A DNA stretch of 38,139 bases from Octopus bimaculoides. Lineage: Eukaryota. A program made the position numbers and the translations under genes. Position 1 is the first letter of the stretch. The number at the start of each line of letters is the position of its first letter. Location of the stretch: the NCBI RefSeq assembly GCF_001194135.2, contig NC_068985.1:7438776-7476914 (forward strand), given 5' to 3'. Below are positions 10,979-22,204 of the stretch, one piece after another. The notes under the pieces are model-generated. The model was not told the origin of the DNA, searched no databases, and was given only the letters and a program-made list of their open reading frames with translations.

Positions 10979-11264
10979 AACTTCGTCTTTTTCTTCTTCT
11001 CCTTCCTCTTCTTCTTCTTCTTCTTCTTCTTCTTTCTCCTCTTCTTCAACTTCGTCTTTTTCTTCTTCTTCTTCTTCTTCTTCTTCTTCTTCTTCTTCTT
11101 CAACTTCGTCTTCTTCTTCTTCTTCTTCTTCTTCTTCAACTTCGTCTTCTTCTTCTTCTTCTTCTTCTTCTTCTTCTTCTTCTTCTCCAACTTCGTCTTT
11201 TTCTTCTTCTTCTTCTTCTTCTTCTTCTTCTTCTACTTCTTCAACTTCGTCTTCTTCTTCTTCT

Positions 11265-11299
<35 letters not shown>

Positions 11300-11332
11300 A
11301 ACTTCGTCTCCTTCTTCAACTTCGTCTTCTTC
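10564..11332. repeat. Two blocks (10564-10767, 10832-11332) of a compound (TTC)n array with ~14 aacttcgtc interruptions
   Basis: Both blocks begin with nearly the same ggc(ttc)n-tccttcctcttcttcaacttcgtc sequence; the interruptions keep triplet phase. Confidence 0.95.
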
Positions 11333-12586
11333 GTTTGATTTCCATTCTATTTCATCTTCCAGTTGAGTCTTAATGATAGATCTGAGGCATGTATATATTT
11401 GATGGGGGAAAAAAACTTCCCGAGAAGGTGAGTGGTAGATGTCAGCACAATTTTTTTGAACTTCGTTGATTGTTGGTTTCCCGGGGATTTAGTCAAATAA
11501 TTTGTCAGTGCCTTTCTTGATCATTCCCAGGGCTCACACAATAACAGGGATGGTTTTGGTTCTTAATTGCCACATCCTAGATGTCTCAATCTCGAGGTCC
11601 TTGAATTTCGATAGTTTTTTTCAAATTCTTTGGCTAAGATGTTTTGTTTCACTAGGCACCGCCATATATTTTTTTGTCTTAGGTCTTGTATGACGATATC
11701 TGGTCTCTTTTCATTTGTTTGCCTATCTGTATATATCGTATAATCCCATAGGATGGTAACATTCTCTACTTCAGTGACTGGCTCTGGACGGTGTTTGTAT
11801 GGCATACGTTCATACCAATTCATAGTGTCGCCATATGCTCCACTGCTAGTATTGGCCAAATCGATCATGCTTGGCTTTATATTCTGTAGGGACAAAGAAC
11901 TGAGCAAGCAGCAACAATGTGGTTAATGCTCTCAAGTCTTTCATTGCATAGTCTCCACTTTGTATCTACCCCATTTTGAGTGACATTAGCGTGATAGTTC
12001 CAGATCAGGATACTCTAGTCTTGTGTCATAAGGATAAATCCTTCTGTTTCGACTTTCAAAGCAGCCACAGATGGGTCCTTCACATATCTACATAAGCTTC
12101 CCCGGCTTGTTTGAGGCATTGTCCATGCATTGATTTTTCTTGCCACAATCTCCACATTTCCTTCAAGCTTTCCTGTTTGGCATTTGTCTTAGACTCTTCT
12201 GCTGCCGTAGTTGGTGGTGTGTCTTCATTATCATCATAGTCAGGGAAGTTAAACTCTCATCTGTATTTATATACTTCCTTTGAGAGTAAGTGCAATTTTT
12301 TACTCTGTTCGTGTTGTCTTATCACCTCTATCATCCTGCCAGTGTTACTTTATATGCACAATTGGAGAGCTATTGTGGTCGGTTTACAGGACATTTCAAG
12401 TTGGATTAAGCCTCTACTGCCCTCTTTTCGTGGGAGATAGAGCTTATGGGCGTCTGATTTTGTGTGATGCATCCTGTTTAATGTCGGTAGTTTCCTGTTT
12501 ATTACGTTCATATGTTGGAGTTCACTCAAATTCCAATTGATAGCATTAAAGCTATACTGCACAACTGATACCACCAGGCAGTTTAT
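11333..12586 (-). mobile_element. 5'-truncated, decayed R4/Dong-clade non-LTR retrotransposon (copy B): post-RT region, zinc knuckle, RLE
   Basis: Minus-strand peptides: INCLVVSVVQYSFNAINW...MHHTKSDAHKLYLPRKEGSRGL; zinc knuckle WRLCNERLESINHIVAAC (11904-11957); KHDR; TILWDYTIYTDRQTNEKRPDIVI; KLSKFKDLEIETSRMWQLRTKTIPVIV*ALG; IPGKPTINEVQK. Multiple stops and frameshifts. Confidence 0.9.
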
Positions 12587-12587
12587 G

Positions 12588-12619
<32 letters not shown>
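12588..12619. repeat. (ATT)~10 tract [(TAA)n on the element strand] between R4/Dong copies A and B
   Basis: Directly visible; Dong elements are known to target TAA repeats. Confidence 0.9.
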
Positions 12620-13325
12620 GCTATTTTTTTCTTCTTTCTTCCATTTCTCGCCGAGTGTTTTCCGTACACCTTGGGCAGAGAAGCTCATTGTATGTATTCC
12701 CAATTTACACACGCAAATTCACAGGTAAAACATGCAGTGAAGTTTTTTCAGTCTTTCATGTTTTTCAACAAGTTTCAGCATCCAATCGTTCGTTGTTTCA
12801 AGGTATTTGGCCATTCCCATTGTGATGGTTTTGCACGTAAGTTCAAACTGGATCAATCCTCGCCCTTCCTGAACTCTGGAAAGGTAAAAGCGATTCATGT
12901 CTGCCTTTGGATGGTGCATCTTATTACAAGTCAGTAGCTTGCGGATTTTTCTATCAATTTTCATTATTTCACTGGTATTCCAGTTAAGCACATTGAAGCT
13001 ATAAAGAACAACTGGGGCTGCTAAGGAATTTATGGCTAACACCTTATTATATGCATTCAGCTCAGACTTCAGAACTGCTCGAACTCTTCTATAACATTCC
13101 TTCTTAACCTTATCTTTTATGCTTGCATGCTGGATACCAGAGCCTTCATTTATTCCTAGGTATTTATAGGTTTTTTCTGCTCAAGTTCCTTTATTACTGT
13201 TTCGACATCTAATTCTATTGAACTTGACTTTACCAGTTTCCCTTTCTTAAAAGTGGCTTTGGCACACTTTTCAAGGCCAAACTCCATCCCGATATCATCA
13301 CTGAATCCTTTCACACTCTTGGTGT
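12620..13325 (-). mobile_element. R4/Dong-clade fragment (copy A): end of RT and thumb, apparently internally deleted to a 3' UTR
   Basis: In-frame VKGFSDDIGMEFGLEKCAKATFKKGKL...TYKYLGINEG...KECYRRVRAVLKSELNAYNKVLAINSLAAPVVLYSFNVLNW...MHHPKADMNRFYLSRVQEGRGLIQ. The 3' UTR assignment of 12620-12720 is inference. Confidence 0.9.
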
Positions 13326-13399
13326 CTCTGTGAAACTAACAACGTCACTGTATTTCTTCGAACACATCTTATTTTTCTTTCACAGCTTCACCTGCTTCG

Positions 13400-13620
13400 G
13401 TATGGACATTTCTCTTCAATTTTCTCACATACAATTCCTAATACTATTGCAACATTTTAAAGTAGCTCTTTACTCTTTCCAACATAATGGTTTACTGACC
13501 TTTTTCTCTCCAGATATTCAATCAGAGATGCTCAGTTTTCTCCCTTCCTGTACAAACGACTGACATTTGCCTTTCGATGGAAGTGCTCAATGAATGGTTA
13601 GGCTTTCTCTCGATTTTCTC
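13400..13620 (-). mobile_element. Older R4-like fragment (copy C)
   Basis: HFHRKANVSRLYRKGEN*ASLIEYLERKRSVNHYVGKSKELL matches the same H-P/R-K-A-D/N-V-x-R-L-Y motif region present in copies A and B. Confidence 0.5.
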
Positions 13621-13744
13621 TCGTATGCATGTTTCATTTTTCGCTCAACTCACAATTCCAACACCACAATGCATGACGGCAACCACTGACGCGTTGAACA
13701 GATTTATCAGATTCTTTGTATTAAATTTAGATTTATAATTATTA

Positions 13745-13748
13745 CTGT

Positions 13749-13782
<34 letters not shown>

Positions 13783-13790
13783 GCTGTTAT
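13745..13790. repeat. (GTT)n microsatellite
   Basis: Directly visible. Confidence 0.9.
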
Positions 13791-14671
13791 TTGACGTATG
13801 AAGTCGTACGATTTATCGCTCTGTCGAATTTGGACAATTTCCAAGCATAACCTGAGAAAAACAAACATTTTTTTTTTCAAATATATTTTCTTATAGAACT
13901 TTTCTAGAACACCCTAAGCTTTCTCTCTTATTCATAGAGAGAAAAACGGTTTCTCATTTTATAGACTTTTAAATATAATTTTATTCCTGCTTACATTGAA
14001 ACTAAAATGGCTTCCAGCCACAAAGACAAAACAGCCCCCAACCTCCGTGAAACTCAACTGAAAGCAACATCACAGGAAACGCTGAAGCGAAACGGGAAAA
14101 AAATTAATGACACAGCAGAGCGTAAACATTTCAGAAGTAGAAATTATAATGACTTTGATAGAAAGCCGTGGTATTAGCTTGAATGTTCACAGTAATAAGG
14201 TAAACAATAATAATAATAATGCACACGCACGCGCACACACAAACACAAACACACAGACATACACACACTGAAACACATTTATTTTGGCTAACACTATGTA
14301 ACGAAAGCGAGCTCAAGTGCAAGACAATGAAGGTAACCTTTGCGGTTCCAGAGTTAGGAGTGTCTTTGCGCTTTCTAAATACCAGTTGACAGACGATGTG
14401 TGAAGTGAGATATTCTCTCTCAGATAAAGTAGATACTGACGTCACAAAGAGGACATTTGAGCAAGTTACAGTAGGTGGCAGCTGAATATGAGAACAAAAA
14501 TTATATGAGTTACTGAGAGAACCATCGGAAACAATCGGAAAGTTACTGTCAGCGACGTCGGAGATGACGATGACAACTGACTCAATGTTATTTTAGAGTC
14601 AGAAAATGAGGAGTAGATATTTTTTTGTAAAAGCCTCGTCTTATTCTATCGAACTTTTTAAATGAAACACT

Positions 14672-14750
14672 AAGTTACAGGACATAAATATGCCAACACC
14701 GGTTGCCAAGCGGTGGGGGGAACAAACGCAAGCACAAACAAACGCGCGCA
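14672..14750 (-). mobile_element. CORE-like SINE, 3' part
   Basis: ccaacaccggttgccaagcggtgggggaacaaac is the reverse complement of the segment following the TG tract in the 28961 and 36715 copies. Confidence 0.7.
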
Positions 14751-14781
14751 TCACGCACATGTACATATGTGTATGTGTGTG

Positions 14782-14824
<43 letters not shown>

Positions 14825-15442
14825 NNNNNNNNNNNNNNNNNNNNNNNNNNNNNNNNNNNNNNNNNNNNNNNNNNNNNNNNNNNNNNNNNNNNNNNNNNNN
14901 NNNNNNNNNNNNNNNNNNNNNNNNNNNNNNNNNNNNNNNNNNNNNNNNNNNNNNNNNNNNNNNNNNNNNNNNNNNNNNNNNNNNNNNNNNNNNNNNNNNN
15001 NNNNNNNNNNNNNNNNNNNNNNNNNNNNNNNNNNNNNNNNNNNNNNNNNNNNNNNNNNNNNNNNNNNNNNNNNNNNNNNNNNNNNNNNNNNNNNNNNNNN
15101 NNNNNNNNNNNNNNNNNNNNNNNNNNNNNNNNNNNNNNNNNNNNNNNNNNNNNNNNNNNNNNNNNNNNNNNNNNNNNNNNNNNNNNNNNNNNNNNNNNNN
15201 NNNNNNNNNNNNNNNNNNNNNNNNNNNNNNNNNNNNNNNNNNNNNNNNNNNNNNNNNNNNNNNNNNNNNNNNNNNNNNNNNNNNNNNNNNNNNNNNNNNN
15301 NNNNNNNNNNNNNNNNNNNNNNNNNNNNNNNNNNNNNNNNNNNNNNNNNNNNNNNNNNNNNNNNNNNNNNNNNNNNNNNNNNNNNNNNNNNNNNNNNNNN
15401 NNNNNNNNNNNNNNNNNNNNNNNNNNNNNNNNGTGTGTGTGT

Positions 15443-15738
15443 AAAGTACCAGTGAAACATTGGGGTCGTTGTAATAGGCTAGTCCCCTCCCCAAAAATTT
15501 CAGACCTTGTGCCTATAGCAGAAAGGATTATTATTGTTAAGGCGTGGAGCTGGTAGAATCGGTCACATGCTGGGCAAAATACTCAGTGCTATTCCGTTTG
15601 CCGTTACGTTTTGATTTCAGATTCCGAGGTCATCTTTGCCTTTCATCCTTTCGGGGTCGATAAATTAAGTACCAGTAATCGATTCATCCCCTTCCCCAAA
15701 AATTGGCTGCTTTTGTGGTAAAATTTGAAACCATTATT
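15443..15738 (+). mobile_element. Two tandem SINE family A copies (3' piece 15443-15530; degenerate full copy 15539-15738)
   Basis: Central gcctttcatcctttcggggtcgataaattaagtaccag and two different tails. Confidence 0.8.
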
Positions 15739-15883
15739 GTTGTCATTGTTGATGTTGTTGCTGCTGCTGCTGTTGTTGTTGTTGTTGTTGAGTTAGAGAG
15801 CAATGAATGTCAAAAAAGTGATACTCGGGTACAAACATACGAAGCTCAATATATCCATCATGACTACCCGTTCGACAAAAGCA

Positions 15884-15955
<72 letters not shown>

Positions 15956-16624
15956 NNNNNNNNNNNNNNNNNNNNNNNNNNNNNNNNNNNNNNNNNNNNN
16001 NNNNNNNNNNNNNNNNNNNNNNNNNNNNNNNNNNNNNNNNNNNNNNNNNNNNNNNNNNNNNNNNNNNNNNNNNNNNNNNNNNNNNNNNNNNNNNNNNNNN
16101 NNNNNNNNNNNNNNNNNNNNNNNNNNNNNNNNNNNNNNNNNNNNNNNNNNNNNNNNNNNNNNNNNNNNNNNNNNNNNNNNNNNNNNNNNNNNNNNNNNNN
16201 NNNNNNNNNNNNNNNNNNNNNNNNNNNNNNNNNNNNNNNNNNNNNNNNNNNNNNNNNNNNNNNNNNNNNNNNNNNNNNNNNNNNNNNNNNNNNNNNNNNN
16301 NNNNNNNNNNNNNNNNNNNNNNNNNNNNNNNNNNNNNNNNNNNNNNNNNNNNNNNNNNNNNNNNNNNNNNNNNNNNNNNNNNNNNNNNNNNNNNNNNNNN
16401 NNNNNNNNNNNNNNNNNNNNNNNNNNNNNNNNNNNNNNNNNNNNNNNNNNNNNNNNNNNNNNNNNNNNNNNNNNNNNNNNNNNNNNNNNNNNNNNNNNNN
16501 NNNNNNNNNNNNNNNNNNNNNNNNNNNNNNNNNNNNNNNNNNNNNNNNNNNNNNNNNNNNNNNNNNNNNNNNNNNNNNNNNNNNNNNNNNNNNNNNNNNN
16601 NNNNNNNNNNNNNNNNNNNNNNNN

Positions 16625-16654
<30 letters not shown>

Positions 16655-16658
<4 letters not shown>

Positions 16659-16800
16659 CGCCGAGGTCGACTTTGCCTTTCATCCTTTCGGGGCCGATTA
16701 GATAAGTACCAGTTACGCTCTGGGGTCGATATGATCGACCTTAATCCCTTTGTCCTTGTTTGTCCCATCTATGTTTAGCCCACTGTGGGCAATAAAGAAA
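16655..16800 (+). mobile_element. SINE family A, 5'-truncated
   Basis: ttccgccgaggtcgactttgcctttcatcctttcgggg...gtgggcaataaagaaa. Confidence 0.85.
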
Positions 16801-16835
16801 TATATATATGTAGGGGAGTGTATGTGTGTGTGTAC

Positions 16836-16968
16836 ACGACGGGTTTCTTTCAGTGTCCGTCTACTAAATCCACTCACAAGGCTTAGGTTGACTTCAAGCT
16901 ACCTTAGAAGACACCTGACGAAGATGCCACGCAGTGGGACTGAACCTGGAAACACGTGGCTGAGAAAC
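16836..16968 (-). mobile_element. CORE-like SINE, 5' part
   Basis: Reverse complement of the head/CORE region (gccacgcagtgggactgaacc; agaagacacctg; tttcagtgtccgtctac). Confidence 0.75.
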
Positions 16969-18143
16969 ACTGCACCTATATGAGAAAACATTTTTAAAAT
17001 TTGAGAAATTATCTTTTGTAAACAGCATCACTGGGTCCAGTCTCCGCTTCCCTAAGATTAAACAGAAATGTTTTTCAAACGCATGGGGTAAAATCGCTTT
17101 CTGCAGTTAGTAGTAATAAAGTTTCGAGTGGATATATCCGCTTTCCGCGTTCAAAGGGTTAAGAAGGTCCACTCTATGTACAACCCATTTATGCTGCAAA
17201 CGTCAACTTCGTTATAAGTGGCCATTGAGATATAGAAGATGTCAATGGTTTAAATTCTTTGACCTCAGTCGACTTCTTATCGAACAACAGGATTTTAAGT
17301 CAAGCTTCATTATTTCAGTATTCACTTCATCAATGTTGACTTTATCTACTGGCGAATTGTATAGCTTTAACCTTAAGGATCTAGATATCAAACAGGTGAA
17401 GCCGATCATATTGCATTTATGTACAACTGGTCCTACTCATATTTCTAGTGACTCTCACCCAGCAGAAACTCTGACTGTTTGCTTCCATTTGAAGCTTAGT
17501 CATATTCACAATTTTCTGATTTAGATTTCTTAATTTGCGCGAACGTGTGTGTGTGTGCAACGGACATCAATATTTCCTTCGTCCAAATGTGTGTGTGTGT
17601 CTTTTGTTTTTAGGGTGTTTTGCTTATGAAGTCTATTTTTGTTTTATCCCAGTTTATTAGTGTACACCAGGTTCATTTGTGAAGTTTATTTTGTGATTCT
17701 TTCGCCTTCGAAATGCTCCTCATTTAACCTACGCATTCTATTCTCTTCGTTTATCTTAGTGCTTTATTGTTATAATCGAGCATTAATTCATTACATCTAT
17801 TGTTATCAACCTGATAGAAGTTATTCGTCATGTCCGAAAACGACTTTGATACTAGAATCATTTTTCATTTTTTTATATTCTTGCCAAGTTTAGGACTGAA
17901 GATTATTGTAGCTATTAACTTAACTAATGTTGTCGTTTTGGAGACCTTATCGAATCTAAAATCAGATACTCCATAAAGCAAATGAGTAACTAGAGTCTCT
18001 TACTAAATACTCCTGTCATCCAACCATTGTCTATTAACTCTGCATCATTTAGATCATAAAAATTTCTAACTTTTCTTCATTTTATGAAATTTTAAATTTG
18101 GCAGTCCCTTCTTACAACAGGGCTTTATTAGATAAAGGTTTCA

Positions 18144-18241
18144 GAGAGAAAATCATTTATATCCTTTATATCTAACCCTAATCAAAACCTTTTTTTTTTA
18201 TTATTAGGGTTAGATATAAGAGATATAACTGATTTTCTCTC
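18144..18241. repeat. Hairpin with 39-bp arms (36/39 matched) and a 20-nt loop
   Basis: gagagaaaatcatttatatcctttatatctaaccctaat / attagggttagatataagagatataactgattttctctc. Confidence 0.85.
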
Positions 18242-18304
18242 CTCTTTGTTGATTAACTGTTTAAAAAAAAACTGTAGGTAAGAAATTTCTGGCCTATTAT
18301 GATA

Positions 18305-18720
18305 AACATTTCTCGATTGCTTACAGACAGAAGAACTGGAAAATTATCTAACGTTATAATTCTACCATAAAAGATACTTATCTCCAACTATTGAACATGA
18401 CTAAGCACACAGACACTTGCCCATTATAACGGATATACAATGAGAAATCAAATGCATATGAAACCAGAGGTACCTGAGTCCGGCCAAATCAAACAGGTGA
18501 ATAAAAACTTACATTGATATTATTAAACGTTCGTTCGAACACAGGGTACATGGCAACAGAACAACATTTAGGAGAAATTCTACGAAACTAGCCAGCCTCG
18601 TTTGGAAAGTAAGGGAACAAAATGCTGAGTAGGATATTAGCTGACAGTGATAGAAAGAATAAGGAGATACGTCAACGATCAAAAGAATGGAGGCTTTCCT
18701 CAATAGATACGATACACATT
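18305..18720 (+). mobile_element. Penelope-like element GIY-YIG endonuclease remnant
   Basis: DTCPL then KTYIDIIKRSFEHRVHGNRTTFRRNSTKLASLVWKVREQN resemble the Penelope CPL..C...YIG.T...FK.R...H...F....ST.LS..VW pattern. Contains stops. Confidence 0.7.
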
Positions 18721-18894
18721 TTATAGAGATTAAAAAGCAGAAATGACATTTTAACAGATATCCGTATGCTGATGCCTATATTCTAATCTTGAAGAAGATA
18801 CGTTATCGCAAGTCTAGATTTTCACAAACTCTTTCTAAGGCTCGGAAAGTACCTTTCATATAGGTAGTTTATATGGTTGTACACACACAAAGAC

Positions 18895-19010
18895 AAATAC
18901 ATACATACATACATATATACATACATACATACGTACGTACATACATACATACGTACATACATACATACATACATACATACATACATACATACATACATAC
19001 ATACATACAT
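18895..19010. repeat. (TACA)n microsatellite
   Basis: Directly visible. Confidence 0.95.
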
Positions 19011-19371
19011 AGGGTTATCAAAACCTGAAAGAAAAAGGCTCATTAGAAGACTACTGATTCAAGCCATCAATGGAACTGTAAAGATATGTAAAACTTTCCA
19101 AAAATTTAGCACATAAATACATATGCATGCATCTAGACATAAAAACGCATCCATAAAACAAACATACAAATCTGCGCATACACTAACACCAAATACTGCA
19201 CACACACACACATATGCACAAATACCTAGATGATGTTGATAAAAGTTCCAATGAAGGAGCCTTGAATCTATGTTAGAGTCCGGCTCTTTCTCTATGGACA
19301 AGAAATACAGAAATGAAACTGATTGACATAAATACGTACATACATACATGCACTTGATCCTATTATGTTGA

Positions 19372-19440
19372 TTGCTGTTTAACCCCAGGTATGCTCTGAT
19401 CGAGCAAACCTATTATGGAAGGCATTCCAAACATGATTAT
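19372..19440 (+). repeat. Short unclassified interspersed repeat (related copies near 28052, 28466 and 32440-32498 minus)
   Basis: Shared gtttaaccccaggt-x-x-x-ctgatcgagc-like motif. Confidence 0.5.
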
Positions 19441-19457
19441 CCAGTTTTTTTTACCAT

Positions 19458-19527
19458 GGTGCCAAGCAGTGGAACTGAACCCGAAACTATGTGGTTGGGG
19501 ATCAAACTTCTTATCTACAGCCACGCT
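19458..19527 (-). mobile_element. CORE-like SINE head
   Basis: Reverse complement: gcgtggctgtagataagaagtttgatccccaaccacatagtttcgggttcagttccactgcttggcacc. Confidence 0.75.
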
Positions 19528-19824
19528 TACCCCTATATGGGTGTATTGATGGAAATTTTGGCTGCCATTTCTTGTAGGGCGAATTTCGTTTTAGGACTTC
19601 TTTCATAAGCTGGCTTCTGCTGTTGATATTGTTGTTGTTGGCGATATTGTTGTTGTCGCTGTTGTAGTCATTGCTTTTGCTGTTGAGGCTTAGCGCCACT
19701 ACGATCCCTGTTCGAAGAATCGTATGGTATATATTGGAATCGGTCAAGCAAAGAACTCTAACGGAAGCAACTCTATAGCTCCGATCACTTGATGTCCTTA
19801 CTGTGCAGTTTTACTAAAAAGACT

Positions 19825-20120
19825 GGCCCTCCGTCGATCACGACGTCGATGCGGGTTCCTGTTGATCCGATCAGCTGAGCAACCAGCTCGTGAAATCAGC
19901 ATGCAAGAGGCTTGAGTCCTCCACTGACGCGCATACCCCGCTAAACGCTGTTCTCAAGGAGATTCAGTGTGACACAGAATGTGACCGTTACAAGCACAAT
20001 TCATTTTTGCCAGCGGAGTAGACTGGAAAAATGTGATATAAATTATCTTACTAAAAGTCACAACGCGCCTCCGGGAATCGAACTCACAACCGTGAGTCGA
20101 ATACCCCTTGACTACGCGCC
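19825..20120 (-). mobile_element. tRNA-derived SINE family C (diverged relative of 24498-24880)
   Basis: tRNA-like head (gagttcgattccc) and a 3' region atttcacgagc...gatcggatcaacaggaaccc...cgacggagggcc shared with the 24498 copy. Confidence 0.75.
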
Positions 20121-21636
20121 TTCATACTGTACATTTTAACCTTTTACGGATTATTATACTGGTTTATCATACAGTGTGCAATGGGCGTGTTCTGCCTTTT
20201 TACCTGTTTAGTTGCCAGTCTATTTACTGGCCAGTTTGTTTTATAAGCTAGTTTTCATTGTAGTGATTGCTTAGCAAGTGGTGCAAAGTTACCAAAGATG
20301 TTCAAGCAATGATTATCCCATTTTTGACGGGAAGAGTCTACCTCAGATTGCGTTATCTAATGTATTTTTCTTAATACGGTATGGTGTAAACTGCAGAAGA
20401 TTTGACTGCTATTTCTAGTAGCTCGAAAAACCAAGAAGAGTCTTCCTTCAATGTCCTGTGATGAGGATTGTGAATACGAGCAACCTGAGTTACTTTGCAT
20501 TTAACACTATCATTGCAGATCGAGCAGGCATCTAGTTAAAATTATTCCAGTCATGACTATTAAAATACTTAAAATTACACTGTCGCCCGATTTCACATCA
20601 CCACATCGCTTGTGGGATCCTTTATTCGACTTCTTTCTATGGTATGCATTTTTGCCAGTTTCTCCGGTCTGAAGATAACTTTGCCGGTCGGTCACAGAGA
20701 CCCTCGTTATGAGTCGCCTATCTAAGCGAGAACTATATTTCTGACGTGTAAACGATAAAAACGTGCACCCAGCTTTTTATTGTTGTTGTTGTTGTCTATT
20801 TAATCAAGTACCAAAATCGACGCGTTTATTCGTTGACCACACAATCAGCAACACAGGAATTTCCTTGTGTACAGACGCTGGGAATCATTACATCTTTGTT
20901 TTAAATATGTGGCCTACATTTAAACAGATGCGACTCACGATCCACAATTTTCATTCAAACGAAAACTTTATTTCGAATAAAAGAAAATAGTTGACGGTGC
21001 ATTGGAAGGCAGATTTGAAGCATTGAAGTTCTGTATGGAACTTAAGATTATTTGTAAAAGCATCGACCTAGGCAATGATCTACTCTGGCCGCAGGATATT
21101 ATGAAACAAATTCAGTTCGATCCTTCGTTTTTACACAAAGTCAACTGAAGCAACTATGTTACCAATGAAACAAAGTAATTTACTGTTCGGTCTCTTACTA
21201 TCAATTTTGCAGCTCGTTTATCGGTCCGGATATGACAGTCTTCTTCAGCTAGGCAACTCATTCATCAGTCATATGTACAACTAACCAGCTTGCTATGTAT
21301 TCCGACATAACGGCAGTAACCAACGACTAGCCACAGTTTTAGTGAAGTTCTACATCCAAACACTTCTCTCAGTTTCTCTGCATGAAGTAAGCCAAACTTC
21401 GATAGGCTACTGAAACATTGATGATATGAATGAATGCACAATCTACTGTTACAAGCCATCACAGCTTAAAGCTAATAGCTATTTCAGCTTACAGTTAAAG
21501 TTACATATCCCCTTTAGACCTGCAACAAACGAATCTCTACTTCAACACCGGAATTATTAATCACCATGTTTCAATACGACACATGTTCTTAACGGACCTA
21601 ATACCAAAGACTGAGAATTGTCTGTCATTTCTATTT

Positions 21637-21677
<41 letters not shown>

Positions 21678-22204
21678 NNNNNNNNNNNNNNNNNNNNNNN
21701 NNNNNNNNNNNNNNNNNNNNNNNNNNNNNNNNNNNNNNNNNNNNNNNNNNNNNNNNNNNNNNNNNNNNNNNNNNNNNNNNNNNNNNNNNNNNNNNNNNNN
21801 NNNNNNNNNNNNNNNNNNNNNNNNNNNNNNNNNNNNNNNNNNNNNNNNNNNNNNNNNNNNNNNNNNNNNNNNNNNNNNNNNNNNNNNNNNNNNNNNNNNN
21901 NNNNNNNNNNNNNNNNNNNNNNNNNNNNNNNNNNNNNNNNNNNNNNNNNNNNNNNNNNNNNNNNNNNNNNNNNNNNNNNNNNNNNNNNNNNNNNNNNNNN
22001 NNNNNNNNNNNNNNNNNNNNNNNNNNNNACTAGAAAAAAGGCAGGGATTTGTGGCATTTCTTAACAACAAAGTCTTTAGATAATCGTTTGATCAGCTCGA
22101 AACAACATCCAAATTTCCTTTCCACCATACACCAACGCCTTCAAAATGATAGTATCTAAGCCTACACTGGTTACTCGTTGACATAAGTGGAACATGTTTA
22201 GACT

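Noticed and set aside
10542-11366. Poly-Lys, poly-Ser and poly-Phe ORFs
   Set aside because: Alternative frames of the TTC/GAA array.
14007-14177. 56-aa ATG ORF with good start context (MASSHKDKTAPNL...)
   Set aside because: Short, no recognisable homology, only a weak splice donor; expected by chance.
18171-18212. taaccctaa/ttagggtta as an interstitial telomere
   Set aside because: Single units within a hairpin, not an array.
21215-21255. Minus-strand CTGAAGAagac...ccGATAAAC as a hammerhead
   Set aside because: GAAA box disrupted and no supporting helices.
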